In this document: positions 19,122 through 30,318 of the stretch, in pieces
How the letters are laid out: every line of letters begins with the position of its first letter
Position numbering within the stretch: the stretch's first letter is position 1
Assembly: GCA_026984935.1 (NCBI GenBank)
Contig: JALSRD010000027.1
Coordinates: forward strand, 7,161-71,160
Length of the DNA stretch: 64,000 bases
Origin: Desulfobacterales bacterium
GTDB lineage: Bacteria; Desulfobacterota; Desulfobacteria; Desulfobacterales; JALSRD01
Direction: 5' to 3'
Made by a program: the position numbers and the translations under genes
The notes under the pieces: model-generated
What the model was told of the DNA's origin: nothing
Database searches by the model: none
What the model saw: only the letters and a program-made list of their open reading frames with translations

Positions 19122-20675
19122 ATGGGCATCGTGGATGACAAAATCAAGGATCTCCGGGACCGGGAGGCCAGGATACGCGCCATGGGCGGGGATAAGGCCG
19201 TTGCCAAACACTGCGAAAAAGGCAAGCTCACCGCCCGCAAGCGTCTGGACCTGCTCTTTGACCCCGGGACATTCCATGAAATCGACATGTTTGTGAAACA
19301 CCGCTGCGTCAACTTCGGCATGCCGGAAGTTGAAATCGCCTCGGACGGCGTCATCACCGGCCACGGACGCATCGACGGCCGGCCGGTATTCGCCTTTGCC
19401 CAGGATTTCACCTCGCGTGCCGGCAGCCTCGGTGAGATGCATGCCAAGAAGATCTGCAAGGTGATGGACATGGCCATAAAGGCCGGTGTGCCGTTCGTGG
19501 GGCTGAACGATTCGGGCGGGGCGCGCATCCAGGAGGGCGTTGACGCCCTTTCGGGCTATGGCCAGATTTTTTACCGCAACTCGGTGGCATCGGGTGTGAT
19601 CCCGCAGATTTCAGCCATCATGGGCCCCACCGCCGGTGGGGCGGTCTATTCACCGGCCATGACGGACTGGATCTTCATGGTCAAAAACACCAGCTACATG
19701 TTTATCACCGGACCGGATGTCATCAAGTCGGTCACCGGCGAGGAAGTGACTTTCGAAGACCTCGGCGGCGCCATGGCGCACAATGAAAAAAGCGGGGTGG
19801 CCCACTTTGCCTGCGAAGACGATGCAGACGCCCTGAAACAGATCCGGACCCTTCTATCCTACCTGCCATCCAACAACATGGAGGATCCGCCCATTGTCCA
19901 GACCGGTGACGACCCGCGGCGCACGGACCCGGCTTTGGACAAGATCATTCCGGATTCCCCCACCCAGTCCTACGACATAAAAGACGTCATCCGCTCCATT
20001 GTCGACAACGGCGAGATCTTCGAGCCCCATGCTCACTTTGCACAGAACATCATCGTCTGCCTGGCGCGCCTCAACGGACGCAGTGTGGGCATCATTGCCA
20101 ACCAGCCCAAGGTGCTGGCCGGCTGCCTGGACATCAACGCCTCTGACAAGGCCACGCGTTTCATCCGTTTCTGCGATGCCTTCAACATTCCGCTTTTGAC
20201 CATCGCCGATGTTCCCGGCTACCTGCCCGGCAGCCAGCAGGAATGGGGCGGCATCATCCGCCACGGGGCCAAACTGCTGTGGTGCTACTCCGAGGCCACA
20301 GTGCCCAAGATGCTGCTTGTCACGCGCAAGGACTACGGCGGGTCCTACCTGGCCATGTGTTCGAAGGACCTGGGCGCCGATATGGCCCTTGCCTGGCCTT
20401 CCGCTGAAATCGCCGTGATGGGGGCCGCCGGTGCCGCTAACATCATCCATCGCCGGGAGATCAAGTCCGCCGCCGACCCCGAGGCCAAGCGCCAGGAAAA
20501 GATCGCGGAGTACAACGAACTGTTCTCGAATCCCTATCAGGCGGCCCAGCGGGGCTACATCGACGCCGTGATCGTCCCCAGCGAAACCCGGCCGCGCCTC
20601 ATCGAAGCCCTGGAAGTCATGTGCACCAAACGCGAGATGCGCGCACCTAAGAAACACGGCAACATTCCCGTGTAA
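19122..20675 (+). CDS. acyl-CoA carboxyltransferase (methylmalonyl-CoA carboxyltransferase 12S / propionyl-CoA carboxylase beta type)
   Basis: 517 aa with GKLTARKRLDLLFDPGTFHEID...DFTSRAGSLGEMHAKKI...GGAYLAM-type motifs of the carboxyl transferase domain. Confidence 0.93.
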   Translation: MGIVDDKIKDLRDREARIRAMGGDKAVAKHCEKGKLTARKRLDLLFDPGTFHEIDMFVKHRCVNFGMPEVEIASDGVITGHGRIDGRPVFAFAQDFTSRAGSLGEMHAKKICKVMDMAIKAGVPFVGLNDSGGARIQEGVDALSGYGQIFYRNSVASGVIPQISAIMGPTAGGAVYSPAMTDWIFMVKNTSYMFITGPDVIKSVTGEEVTFEDLGGAMAHNEKSGVAHFACEDDADALKQIRTLLSYLPSNNMEDPPIVQTGDDPRRTDPALDKIIPDSPTQSYDIKDVIRSIVDNGEIFEPHAHFAQNIIVCLARLNGRSVGIIANQPKVLAGCLDINASDKATRFIRFCDAFNIPLLTIADVPGYLPGSQQEWGGIIRHGAKLLWCYSEATVPKMLLVTRKDYGGSYLAMCSKDLGADMALAWPSAEIAVMGAAGAANIIHRREIKSAADPEAKRQEKIAEYNELFSNPYQAAQRGYIDAVIVPSETRPRLIEALEVMCTKREMRAPKKHGNIPV

Positions 20676-20703
20676 GCCCAATTGCTGTGTCCGGAGGAGA
20701 ACC

Positions 20704-20919
20704 ATGGATGATACCAAGAAAGCCGCCGCCATTGCCGCGGTGATGGGTTATATCCGAAACGAAGAGGATGCCTGCTGCGTTCAGCTGGCTTCCACGGCGG
20801 TAACCCAGCCGCCGGCCGCCCCGTCCGGACCCCAGAACTGGTGGGGCATCAGCGGACGGCAGAGCATGATGCAGCTGCGCAGTCTCATGCAGCTTAAATC
20901 GCTGACACGGTTCAGCTAG
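20704..20919 (+). CDS. small conserved-looking protein of the transcarboxylase operon (OadG-C-terminal-like AAIAAV motif)
   Basis: A strong SD (ggaggag) lies 4 nt upstream of the ATG. The 71-aa product has KKAAAIAAVMGYIRNEEDA...NWWGISGRQSMMQLRSLMQL. It is wedged between the 12S and 5S subunit genes. The family assignment is from memory only. Confidence 0.5.
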   Translation: MDDTKKAAAIAAVMGYIRNEEDACCVQLASTAVTQPPAAPSGPQNWWGISGRQSMMQLRSLMQLKSLTRFS

Positions 20920-20964
20920 CCGGCGGAATGCATTCCCAAAGCCGCTTCAGCGTACCTTTTTAAA

Positions 20965-20988
20965 GCAAGTTATCCAGCAAGTTATCCA
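20965..20988 (+). repeat. perfect 12-nt tandem duplication (gcaagttatcca x2)
   Basis: Read directly: 20965-20976 equals 20977-20988. It lies just upstream of the SD (aaagggag) of the 5S subunit gene. Confidence 0.9.
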
Positions 20989-21004
20989 AAAGGGAGCCTT
21001 TACG

Positions 21005-23038
21005 ATGAACAACCATGATCAGCTGAAATTGACGGACATGAACTACGACAAGGACCGGCCCGTTGCGGAAAACCCCCTGAAAATCGAGGATTTGACCTTC
21101 CGCGACGGTCACCAATCCCTGTTTGCCACCCGGGGCCGGACCGAGGACATGATCCCCATCGCTGAAATGATGGATGAAGTCGGGTTCTGGGCCTTTGAAA
21201 CCTGGGGCGGCGCCACCTTCGACACCATGCACCGCTTTCTCAACGAAGACCCCTGGGAACGTATCCGTACGCTGAAACGCTACATCAAGAAGACGCCTTT
21301 CTCCATGCTGTTGCGGGCCCAGAACCTGGTGGGCTACCGCAACTATGCCGATGATGTGGCCAAGGCTTTCGTGGAGCGGGCCTGCGAAAACGGCATGGAC
21401 ATTTTCCGCACCTTTGACGCTTTAAACGACTTTCGTAATTTTGAAACTGTGGTGCCGGTCATCAAGGAACACGGCAAGCATTTCCAGGGCTGCATCTGCT
21501 ACTCCATGACCGAACCGCGCATGGGCGGCGAGGTGTACAACCTGGACTATTACGTCAGCAAGGCCAAAGATCTGGAAGCCATGGGCGCTGACAGCGTCTG
21601 CATCAAGGACATGGCCGGCCTGATCGCGCCCTACGATGCCTACCAGGTGGTCAAAGCCCTGAAAGCCGCCGTAAAAGTGCCCATTCACCTGCACAGCCAT
21701 TTTACTTCGGGCATGGCGCCCATGAGCCAGCTCAAGGCCATCGAGGCCGGGGTGGACATCGTCGACACCTGTATGTCGCCATACGCGTACCGGACGTCGC
21801 ATCCGGCCATCGAGCCGCTGGTGATGACGCTGCTGGGCACCAACCGGGACACCGGGTTCGACATCCGCCACCTGGCGCATATCAATGAAATCCTGGAAAG
21901 GGAGATCATGCCCAAGTACAGGCACCTGCTGGATGACTCCAAGGTGTCGATCATCGACATCAACGTGTTGCTGCACCAGACCCCGGGGGGCATGCTCTCC
22001 AACCTGGTCAACCAACTGCGGGAGATGGATGCCTTAGACAAGATCGACGCGGTCTACCATGAACTGCCGCGGGTGCGCAAAGAACTGGGGCAGGTGCCGC
22101 TGGTGACGCCCACCAGCCAGATCGTGGGGATCCAGACGGTCAACAACGTGCTGTTCGACGACGAAAATGAGCGCTACAAGATGATCACCGACCAGGTCAA
22201 GGATCTGGTATACGGGCTCTACGGCAAAACCGCCGTTCCCATCGATCCCGAAGTGCAGAAAAAAGCCCTCAAGGGCTATGAACGGGGTGAGGAGCCCATC
22301 ACCTGCCGGCCGGCCGAGGTGCTGGAGCCCGAATTGCCCAAAGCCCAGGAAGAAGTCAAGGGGCTGGCCGTGGACATGGATGATGTCCTGATCTACGCGC
22401 TGTACCCGGTCACCGGAAAGCGTTTCCTGAAGTGGAAATACGGCAAGGAAGAGCCGCCGGCCGAGGTGCGGCCGCGCACGCTGGCCGATGTCAAAGCCGA
22501 AGAGGAATTGGTCCGCAAGGCCAAGGCCGGCGAACTGGTCGAGAAACCCAAAAAGGAAGCGCCGCCCAAGAGCGATGCCCTGCGTACCTTCAACGTCTTT
22601 GTGGACGGCGACTATTTCGAAGTCGGGGTGGATGAAGTCGGCGGTTCGCCGGTGTTGAACTACATTCAGCAGATGCCGACCCAGACGCCGCTGCAGATGC
22701 CGGCCCCCATGCCGGCGGCGCCTGTCGCGCCGGCACCGGCTGCTGCACCGGCACCGGCCCCGGAACCGCCGGCGGCCGCCGCCCCCGAGAAGGCTCCTGC
22801 AGCCGCACCGACAGCAGCGGCAGAGGGAAAACAAATGCTGGCGCCCATGCCCGGCATGATCGTGCGCTACGAAAAGGAAGTCGGCGACGAGGTCAGCGAG
22901 GGTGAAACCGTCGTGGTGCTGGAGGCCATGAAGATGGAAAACGCGCTGCCGGCACCGGTCAGCGGCACCATCAAGGAAATCGGTTTTTCCACCGGCGATT
23001 CGGTTGCTAAAAATGATGTTCTCTGTGTTATCGGGTGA
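21005..23038 (+). CDS. carboxyltransferase 5S subunit (oxaloacetate decarboxylase alpha / pyruvate carboxylase B type) fused to a biotinyl carrier domain
   Basis: N-terminal LTFRDGHQSL and HLHSHFTSG (HMGL-like/PYC_OADA). A Pro/Ala-rich linker follows, then the C-terminal VLEAMKMENALPAPVSGTI biotinyl-lysine motif. Confidence 0.93.
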   Translation: MNNHDQLKLTDMNYDKDRPVAENPLKIEDLTFRDGHQSLFATRGRTEDMIPIAEMMDEVGFWAFETWGGATFDTMHRFLNEDPWERIRTLKRYIKKTPFSMLLRAQNLVGYRNYADDVAKAFVERACENGMDIFRTFDALNDFRNFETVVPVIKEHGKHFQGCICYSMTEPRMGGEVYNLDYYVSKAKDLEAMGADSVCIKDMAGLIAPYDAYQVVKALKAAVKVPIHLHSHFTSGMAPMSQLKAIEAGVDIVDTCMSPYAYRTSHPAIEPLVMTLLGTNRDTGFDIRHLAHINEILEREIMPKYRHLLDDSKVSIIDINVLLHQTPGGMLSNLVNQLREMDALDKIDAVYHELPRVRKELGQVPLVTPTSQIVGIQTVNNVLFDDENERYKMITDQVKDLVYGLYGKTAVPIDPEVQKKALKGYERGEEPITCRPAEVLEPELPKAQEEVKGLAVDMDDVLIYALYPVTGKRFLKWKYGKEEPPAEVRPRTLADVKAEEELVRKAKAGELVEKPKKEAPPKSDALRTFNVFVDGDYFEVGVDEVGGSPVLNYIQQMPTQTPLQMPAPMPAAPVAPAPAAAPAPAPEPPAAAAPEKAPAAAPTAAAEGKQMLAPMPGMIVRYEKEVGDEVSEGETVVVLEAMKMENALPAPVSGTIKEIGFSTGDSVAKNDVLCVIG

Positions 23039-23056
23039 TAAAGGAGATCCGGCGTC

Positions 23057-24217
<1,161 letters not shown>

Positions 24218-24247
24218 TCAGCATTCGCTGGAAGGAAGGGACAAGCT

Positions 24248-25120
24248 ATGAGCATATTCGTTGACGCAGATACGCGGGTCCTGGTGCAGGGTATTACCGG
24301 CCGGGAGGGCCAGTTCCACACCCGCCAGTGCATCGCCTACGGCACCCGGGTAGTTGCCGGGGTAACCCCGGGCAAGGGCGGCCAGACCATGGACGATGTA
24401 CCGGTGTTCAACACCGTCGAAGCCGCCAAGCGGAAGACCGGCGCCGACTGCAGCATGATCTTCGTGCCGCCGCCTTTTGCCGCCGACGCCATCATGGAAG
24501 CTGTGGATGCCGGCATCGAACTGATCGTGGCCATCACCGAGGGCATCCCCATTCTGGACATGATGAAGGTGAAAAACTACATGCGTGACAAGTCGTCGCG
24601 CCTGATCGGTCCCAACTGCCCGGGAATCATCACGCCCGGCGCCTGCAAGGTGGGCATCATGCCCGGCCCCATCCACCAGGCCGGCGGCCCCGTGGGGGTG
24701 ATTTCGCGTTCCGGGACCCTGACCTATGAAGTGGTCCACCAGCTGACGCGCCAGGGGCTCGGCCAGACCACCTGCATCGGGATCGGCGGCGATCCGGTCA
24801 ACGGCACCAATTTTATCGACTGCCTGGATGCCTTTGAGAAGGACCCTGAAACCAAGGGAATCGTGATGGTGGGCGAAATCGGCGGCAGTGCCGAGGAAGA
24901 GGCGGCCGACTTTATCCGCCGGCATCTCAGCATACCGGTGGTGGGCTTTATCGCCGGTCTGACCGCGCCGCCCGGGCGCCGCATGGGCCATGCCGGGGCC
25001 ATCATCAGCGGCAAAAGCGGCACGGCACAGGGCAAGATCGAGGCCATGCGCGCCGCCGGTATTCACCTGTGCGAGAACCTGGGTGCGCTGGGTGAACTGT
25101 GCGCGCAGGTTTTCAGCTAA
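24248..25120 (+). CDS. sucD: succinyl-CoA synthetase alpha subunit
   Basis: [15 protein letters not shown]...[11 protein letters not shown]...SRSGTLTYE...MGHAGAII (phospho-His loop). Confidence 0.95.
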   Translation: MSIFVDADTRVLVQGITGREGQFHTRQCIAYGTRVVAGVTPGKGGQTMDDVPVFNTVEAAKRKTGADCSMIFVPPPFAADAIMEAVDAGIELIVAITEGIPILDMMKVKNYMRDKSSRLIGPNCPGIITPGACKVGIMPGPIHQAGGPVGVISRSGTLTYEVVHQLTRQGLGQTTCIGIGGDPVNGTNFIDCLDAFEKDPETKGIVMVGEIGGSAEEEAADFIRRHLSIPVVGFIAGLTAPPGRRMGHAGAIISGKSGTAQGKIEAMRAAGIHLCENLGALGELCAQVFS

Positions 25121-25188
25121 AAAACAAAGGTCCTTTGAGCTGTGTCCCCGGGCCGCGCCGCTTCCGCTTTTAGCACCCGTGAAAGCCG

Positions 25189-25644
25189 GTGCACGGGGCG
25201 GGCGGTACCACTCCAAAGCCAGGCGGACTGTTTGCGTGGGGCGGGCGGAAGCTTGCTGCTGGCAGCGGCTTTTCTGCCGCTGGTGCCTGGTGGGGTCTGC
25301 TGGCGCCGTCGCTGGAAGTCTGGACGCTGCTGCTCCTAGTATGCTTGGCCGCTGCACTCCGCAAGCCGTGGGGGCCGCTCCTGTGTATGCTTTTGGGGGT
25401 TTTTCCCCTTTTCATACGCCTGTTTCGCATCGGTGACGTGCTGATGCCGATGTACTTCAACCGCCGCCCCAAGCTGTACATGGATACGGGCTGTCTCCCC
25501 GATCCGCTGCACCTGCTCTACCATTCCACTTCTCCGGCGGCGTTCTTTTCCTGGGTATTGCTTTCTTTGGCGCTTGCGGCGGTGCTGGCATGGGGCCTGC
25601 GGCGCAGCCTGCATATCGCGCTCCCGTCTTTCGAGATGACATAA
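25189..25644 (+). CDS. hypothetical membrane protein (start uncertain; possibly a remnant)
   Basis: This is the only sizeable same-strand ORF in a 548-nt GC-rich gap. It has 3 hydrophobic helices (VWTLLLLVCLAAAL, LLCMLLGVFPLFIRLF, FFSWVLLSLALAAVLAW). There is no convincing SD and no recognised family. Confidence 0.35.
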   Translation: MHGAGGTTPKPGGLFAWGGRKLAAGSGFSAAGAWWGLLAPSLEVWTLLLLVCLAAALRKPWGPLLCMLLGVFPLFIRLFRIGDVLMPMYFNRRPKLYMDTGCLPDPLHLLYHSTSPAAFFSWVLLSLALAAVLAWGLRRSLHIALPSFEMT

Positions 25645-25668
25645 CGACAAAAGAGCAAAGCAGCGAAA

Positions 25669-26646
25669 ATGGCGGAAGTATTGGCAGCGATCAAGAAGCA
25701 CTGGTTTCCCACGGGCCTGATGGTGGTGGTCACGGCGACGCTCGCCGACGTCTCCGGCGTCCTGCCGCAGGCCGGTACGTGGTTGAAGACGCACTACGGC
25801 GCCGAGGCCACCATTCTGATCATCTTTTTCACTTCAGGGATCATGTTGAATACCCGCCAGATCAAATCCGGCCTCACCGACATTAAGGGCGCGCTGATTG
25901 CGCTGGTGCTCATTTTTGCGGCAGCTCCCGGCCTGGCCTACCTGCTCAGTTGCGCACCGGTCGGCACCGGCATCACCATCGGCCTTTTTCTGGTGGCGGT
26001 GATGCCCTCCACGCTGAGCAGCGGGGTGGTCATGAGCGGAGCGGCGGGCGGCAACATGGCACACGCCCTGCTGATTTCCCTGGTCTCGAACGGCCTGGCG
26101 GTTTTTTCCATACCGCTGGTGTTGTCCCTGCTGCTGGCAAACCTAACGGGCAGTCTGGACATCGCCATCGACCGAACATCTCTCATGCTGCAGCTGGGCG
26201 CATTAGTGTTCATCCCGCTGGTGCTGGGGCTGGCGGCCAGAAACCGCGTGGTGCAGCGCCTGCCTGCAGATTCGCTCAAGCGGCTGGAAAACGGACTGCA
26301 GAAGTTCAACCAGGTGCTGGTGCTGATGATCGTCTGGATGGCGATTTCCGAAAGCCGGCGTGCGCTTTTGCAAAGTTCTGGCACCCTGGGTGCGATTGTG
26401 CTGCTGGTGGCCGCCTTTCACCTGCTGATGCTGCTGGCCGCCGGGGCGATGGTCTGGGGTTTCCACCTCCGGCCCGGCCGCCGCGAAAGCGTCATTTTCA
26501 TGGGCTGCCAGAAAACCCTGCCGCTTTCCATCCTTTTGCAGGTCGCCCTGTTTCCCCGCTACGGCCAGGCCCTGGCGGTTTGCGTGCTGCACCATTTTGT
26601 GCACCTGCTTATCGACGGTTACCTCGTGGAAAAAATGCGCGCATGA
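25669..26646 (+). CDS. bile acid:Na+ symporter (BASS/SBF-like, YfeH-type) family transporter
   Basis: 325 aa, polytopic, with an N-terminus (IKKHWFPTGLMVVV) and MPSTLSSGVVMS motif typical of the SBF-like family. Confidence 0.8.
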   Translation: MAEVLAAIKKHWFPTGLMVVVTATLADVSGVLPQAGTWLKTHYGAEATILIIFFTSGIMLNTRQIKSGLTDIKGALIALVLIFAAAPGLAYLLSCAPVGTGITIGLFLVAVMPSTLSSGVVMSGAAGGNMAHALLISLVSNGLAVFSIPLVLSLLLANLTGSLDIAIDRTSLMLQLGALVFIPLVLGLAARNRVVQRLPADSLKRLENGLQKFNQVLVLMIVWMAISESRRALLQSSGTLGAIVLLVAAFHLLMLLAAGAMVWGFHLRPGRRESVIFMGCQKTLPLSILLQVALFPRYGQALAVCVLHHFVHLLIDGYLVEKMRA

Positions 26647-26857
26647 CCGCGGCGCGCGTCGCCGGAAGTACATCCGCTGGGTGCAGAAGATGGCGGCGGT
26701 TGCGAGAACATTTGCTTTTCGCTAAACGCATTGGTATGAAAAATAGTGGTGCTTTGTCTTTTCCGGTAGCTGATTTCCCATGGCCGGGCGGTATTTCAGA
26801 AGATCCGCCGTGCGACTCGACATAAATGTGGGCGCTGCCAAACCAAACGGAGAAACG

Positions 26858-27976
26858 ATGGACAGAGATTCTGCGCACAATGAAGGGGACCGATTTCTAG
26901 CCGCCTTGACGCTGGCCCTGATTGCCGCCTCGCTGTGGATTTTTTCTCCGTACCTGCATTACCTGCTGGTGGCGGCTGTATTGGCGCTTTCCACCAGCCA
27001 CGGCTATAACGCCTTGGTCGACACCATCGGCCATTCCGGGCTGCCGGTATGGTTAAAAGCGCGCAAACGCGCCATGGCTGCCGCCGTCTTCACGCTCTTA
27101 TTCATTCTGCTGATTTTTATTCCTTTAATGTACTTCGTTTCCAAGACCTACGACCAGGTGACCGCGTTGAATATCGGCCAGCTCAAACAGACCGTTCTGG
27201 AAATGGCGCAAAAGCTGCAAGCTTTCCTGGACCGTATCCCCCTCCTGCACGATCTGCTCGAAAAACTGAAATCCAAGGGCAGTACCCTGATAAGCGGCGC
27301 CAGCGTCGAGGCCGTCATTAAGGGCATCCAGCGCGTGGTTACCGGCGCCGGCGGCCTGCTGATACAGGTGGTCTGGATCCTGCTGTTCTATTTTCTCTTC
27401 AACCTTTACGGCAAACAGATTCTGAATTTTATGGCAAAGGTCATGCCGACGCGCCTGGATCAGGAGAAGTATCTCTACCGGGAATGCACCGGCACTGTGG
27501 CGGTGGTTTTTTACGGGGCGCTGTTCAATATGATCGCCCAGGGCCTGGCCTTTGGCGTACTGATGGCTTTTACCGGCGATTACGACGCCGTGTATCTCGG
27601 CGTGCTGGCCGGTTTCTGTTCGGTGATTCCCATCGTCGGTGCGGCCCTGGTCTACGTCCCGGTGGTGGCCTTGGAACTGTTTGCCGGCCGTTTTCTGAAT
27701 GCCGCCATCATCGTCGGGTTCGCGTGGGTGGTGATGGGTTTTTTCATCGACAATATCCTGCGCCTCATCTTCATCAGCCGTCTGAAAAAGACCTTTGGTT
27801 TCGAATACACCATGAACGAGATCCTGATCCTGCTTTCGATTCTGGCCGGTATCGCCACTTTCGGTTTCTGGGGCCTGATCACCGGCCCTTCGATCGTCGC
27901 TTTGACCCTGGCCGCGGCTAACCTGTACAGCTCGCGGGCCGATGAAGGACTGCCGGCCGCGCAGCAGGACCGGTAA
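26858..27976 (+). CDS. AI-2E family transporter (PerM/UPF0118)
   Basis: ATG 26858 follows a ggaga SD inside ORF 26780..27976. It has multiple TM helices and the FCSVIPIVGAALVYVPV motif. Confidence 0.85.
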   Translation: MDRDSAHNEGDRFLAALTLALIAASLWIFSPYLHYLLVAAVLALSTSHGYNALVDTIGHSGLPVWLKARKRAMAAAVFTLLFILLIFIPLMYFVSKTYDQVTALNIGQLKQTVLEMAQKLQAFLDRIPLLHDLLEKLKSKGSTLISGASVEAVIKGIQRVVTGAGGLLIQVVWILLFYFLFNLYGKQILNFMAKVMPTRLDQEKYLYRECTGTVAVVFYGALFNMIAQGLAFGVLMAFTGDYDAVYLGVLAGFCSVIPIVGAALVYVPVVALELFAGRFLNAAIIVGFAWVVMGFFIDNILRLIFISRLKKTFGFEYTMNEILILLSILAGIATFGFWGLITGPSIVALTLAAANLYSSRADEGLPAAQQDR

Positions 27977-28000
27977 GATGGCATTTCTGTCCCAAAGGAG

Positions 28001-28969
28001 GTGTTTATGAATATGACGATTTTGACGGCAGCCGATATCGCGGCGGCGCTTCCCATGCGCACGGCTATCGAGGTTGTACGTCGCGCCTTCGGGCAGCTGG
28101 CAGCCGGCGATGTCAGCATGCCGCTTAGAAGTCAGCTGCCGACCGCCGGCGGGGTCACCCTGGTGATGCCGGCCTATCTGCGCCGCAGCCGCGATTTGGG
28201 CATCAAGATCGTTTCGGTGAACGAAGGCAATGCTGCGCGTGGTCTGCCGGTGGTCAGCGCTGTGGTGCTGGTTGTGGACCCGGAAACCGGCATGCCGGCC
28301 GCACTCCTGGAGGGCGGCTGTCTTACGGCGCTGCGCACCGGGGCCATCGGCGGCCTGGCAGCCGATCTGCTGGCCCGTCCGGATGCGGCTTGCGTAACGC
28401 TTTTCGGCGCCGGCGTACAGGGTCGCTCCCAGCTTGCGGCCGTGTGCTGTGTGCGCGCCGTCAAGCAGGTCAAGATTGTCGATCGTTCGCCCGCCGCGGC
28501 GCGGCAGCTGGCGGAAGAGGTGGCCACCTGGCCGGATGCGCCAGCCGTGCATGTCATTGCAGATCCCCAGGAGGCCATCCGCAGCGCCGATATCGTCATT
28601 GCCGCCACCACTTCCAAAACCCCCCTGTTCGACGGCCGGGAGCTGGCGCCCGGAACGCATGTCACCGGTATCGGGTCTTTTACGCCCGAGATGCAGGAGA
28701 TCGATGCGGCCACCGTCAAGCGCGCGCGCGTGGTGGTCGACCAGCGCGAGGCCTGCCTGGCGGAAGCCGGTGATCTTATCAAGGCCGGTGCCGGCATCGA
28801 CGCCGAAATCGGCGAGATTGTCAACGGCCGCCAGAAGGGCCGCACATCAGCTACGGAGATCACTTTTTTCAAATCGGTGGGCGTGGCGATTCAGGATGCC
28901 GCCGTTGCGGGCGCCATTCTGGCCGCGGCACGCAAAAAGGACCTGGGCACCGAGGTTTCCCTGTCCTGA
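28001..28969 (+). CDS. ornithine cyclodeaminase / mu-crystallin family protein
   Basis: ILTAADIAAALPMRTAIEVVRRAF...LTALRTGAIGGLAADLLAR...LFGAGVQG (Rossmann)...FKSVGVAIQD. Confidence 0.88.
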   Translation: MFMNMTILTAADIAAALPMRTAIEVVRRAFGQLAAGDVSMPLRSQLPTAGGVTLVMPAYLRRSRDLGIKIVSVNEGNAARGLPVVSAVVLVVDPETGMPAALLEGGCLTALRTGAIGGLAADLLARPDAACVTLFGAGVQGRSQLAAVCCVRAVKQVKIVDRSPAAARQLAEEVATWPDAPAVHVIADPQEAIRSADIVIAATTSKTPLFDGRELAPGTHVTGIGSFTPEMQEIDAATVKRARVVVDQREACLAEAGDLIKAGAGIDAEIGEIVNGRQKGRTSATEITFFKSVGVAIQDAAVAGAILAAARKKDLGTEVSLS

Positions 28970-29187
28970 AGGCGGTTTTCGTGAAAAACCGGTGGGAGAC
29001 GCCGCCTGTTTTTGGCGCGGATCCACGGTTGCTTGTAAAGCGGGGTATGCTAAGCGACTGTCTGAAGATATTTTTGGCCCTGTGGCGTCTCCGGTTTTGC
29101 GGTGAGACCGGCAATGCCGCCCTTTTGCTGCAGGTCATTTTCCCCATGAGTATCAAGCGCACTTTCAAGCAGATCAAGGAATACGCC

Positions 29188-30312
29188 ATGAAAAACAGAG
29201 TACAGCGATATTGCCCCATCGTGTCCCGGCGGGCATTGAGCGGGAGTACAATGCCCCTCCTGCTGACAGCGGCGGTTCTGCTGGTTTTCGCAGGTTGCGG
29301 CCAAAAAGAGGAACCGGCGCCCAAAGAAGTCGTGCGGCCGGTAAAAATCATGACGGTGAAATCCGGCCTGGGGCCGGGGCTGCATAAATTCGCCGGTGTG
29401 GTGCGCGGCAGCCGCCGTTCCGAACTGTCCTTCAAGGTGTCGGGTCCACTGGTGCAGCTGCCCGTGGAAGAGGGGCAGCAGGTCAAAAAAGGGCAGTTGA
29501 TCGCCCGCATTCAGCCCCGTGATTTTGAGATTGCCGTCAAAGAAGCCCGCGCCCGGGCCGTAGAAGCGGAAAATCAATACAAGCGCTACCGCCAGCTGTA
29601 CGCCAGAAAGCAGGTTTCCAAGGCCGATTTCGACCGCTACCGCGCGGCCCGTGACGTGGCGCGTGCGCGCTTGGAGGATGCCCGCAACGCGCTCAGGGAC
29701 ACCTACCTCAGGGCGCCTTTCGGCGGTGTGATCGCCAAGCGTTTCGTGGAAAACTACCAGAAAGTGCGGGCCAAGGAACCCATCGTTTTCCTGCATGACA
29801 TCAGTCAGGTCGAAATCCTGGTCGATGTCCCCGAGCTGATTGTGGCTGAACTGAAGGGCGATAAGAAAATCAAGGCCTGGGCGGAATTCCAGTCGGCACC
29901 CGGAAAGAAATATGTTCTCAAGCTGAAGGAGTTTTCCACGCGCGCGGATCCGGCCACCCAAACCTACCAGGTGGTGCTGGTCATGAAGCAGCCCAAGGAG
30001 GCCAACATCCTGCCGGGCATGACGTGCACCGTGGTGTCGGAACTGTCCGGAAGCACGAAAGCCGCCGCCGGCATCCGTATCCCGGCCATTGCCGTTTTGA
30101 ACGCCGCCGACGGTAAGAGCTACGTGTGGGTGCTGGACAAGCAAAAAATGACGGTCCGCAAGACTGCGGTCAAGGTCGGCCCGCTCAGCGGTTCGCAAGA
30201 CATTGTCGTCACCGAGGGCCTCAAGGGGGGCGAGGCCATCGTGACAGCCGGTGTGACCCAGTTGCGTGATGGCATGAAGGTGCGGCCCTGGAAAGAGCGG
30301 AAGAGGGGATAG
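29188..30312 (+). CDS. efflux RND transporter periplasmic adaptor (MFP) lipoprotein
   Basis: ATG 29188 inside ORF 28981..30312. It has the lipobox LLVFAGCG, a coiled-coil hairpin region (AVKEARARAVEAENQYKRYRQLYARKQVSKADFD), and LRAPFGGVI. Confidence 0.9.
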   Translation: MKNRVQRYCPIVSRRALSGSTMPLLLTAAVLLVFAGCGQKEEPAPKEVVRPVKIMTVKSGLGPGLHKFAGVVRGSRRSELSFKVSGPLVQLPVEEGQQVKKGQLIARIQPRDFEIAVKEARARAVEAENQYKRYRQLYARKQVSKADFDRYRAARDVARARLEDARNALRDTYLRAPFGGVIAKRFVENYQKVRAKEPIVFLHDISQVEILVDVPELIVAELKGDKKIKAWAEFQSAPGKKYVLKLKEFSTRADPATQTYQVVLVMKQPKEANILPGMTCTVVSELSGSTKAAAGIRIPAIAVLNAADGKSYVWVLDKQKMTVRKTAVKVGPLSGSQDIVVTEGLKGGEAIVTAGVTQLRDGMKVRPWKERKRG

Positions 30313-30318
30313 GCGCTT

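Noticed and set aside
28995-29092. A 9-bp long-range inverted repeat (ggagacgcc / ggcgtctcc) in the leader of the RND operon
   Set aside because: It is a short repeat about 80 nt apart, with a non-negligible chance of random occurrence, and there is no supporting motif or conservation that I can assess.
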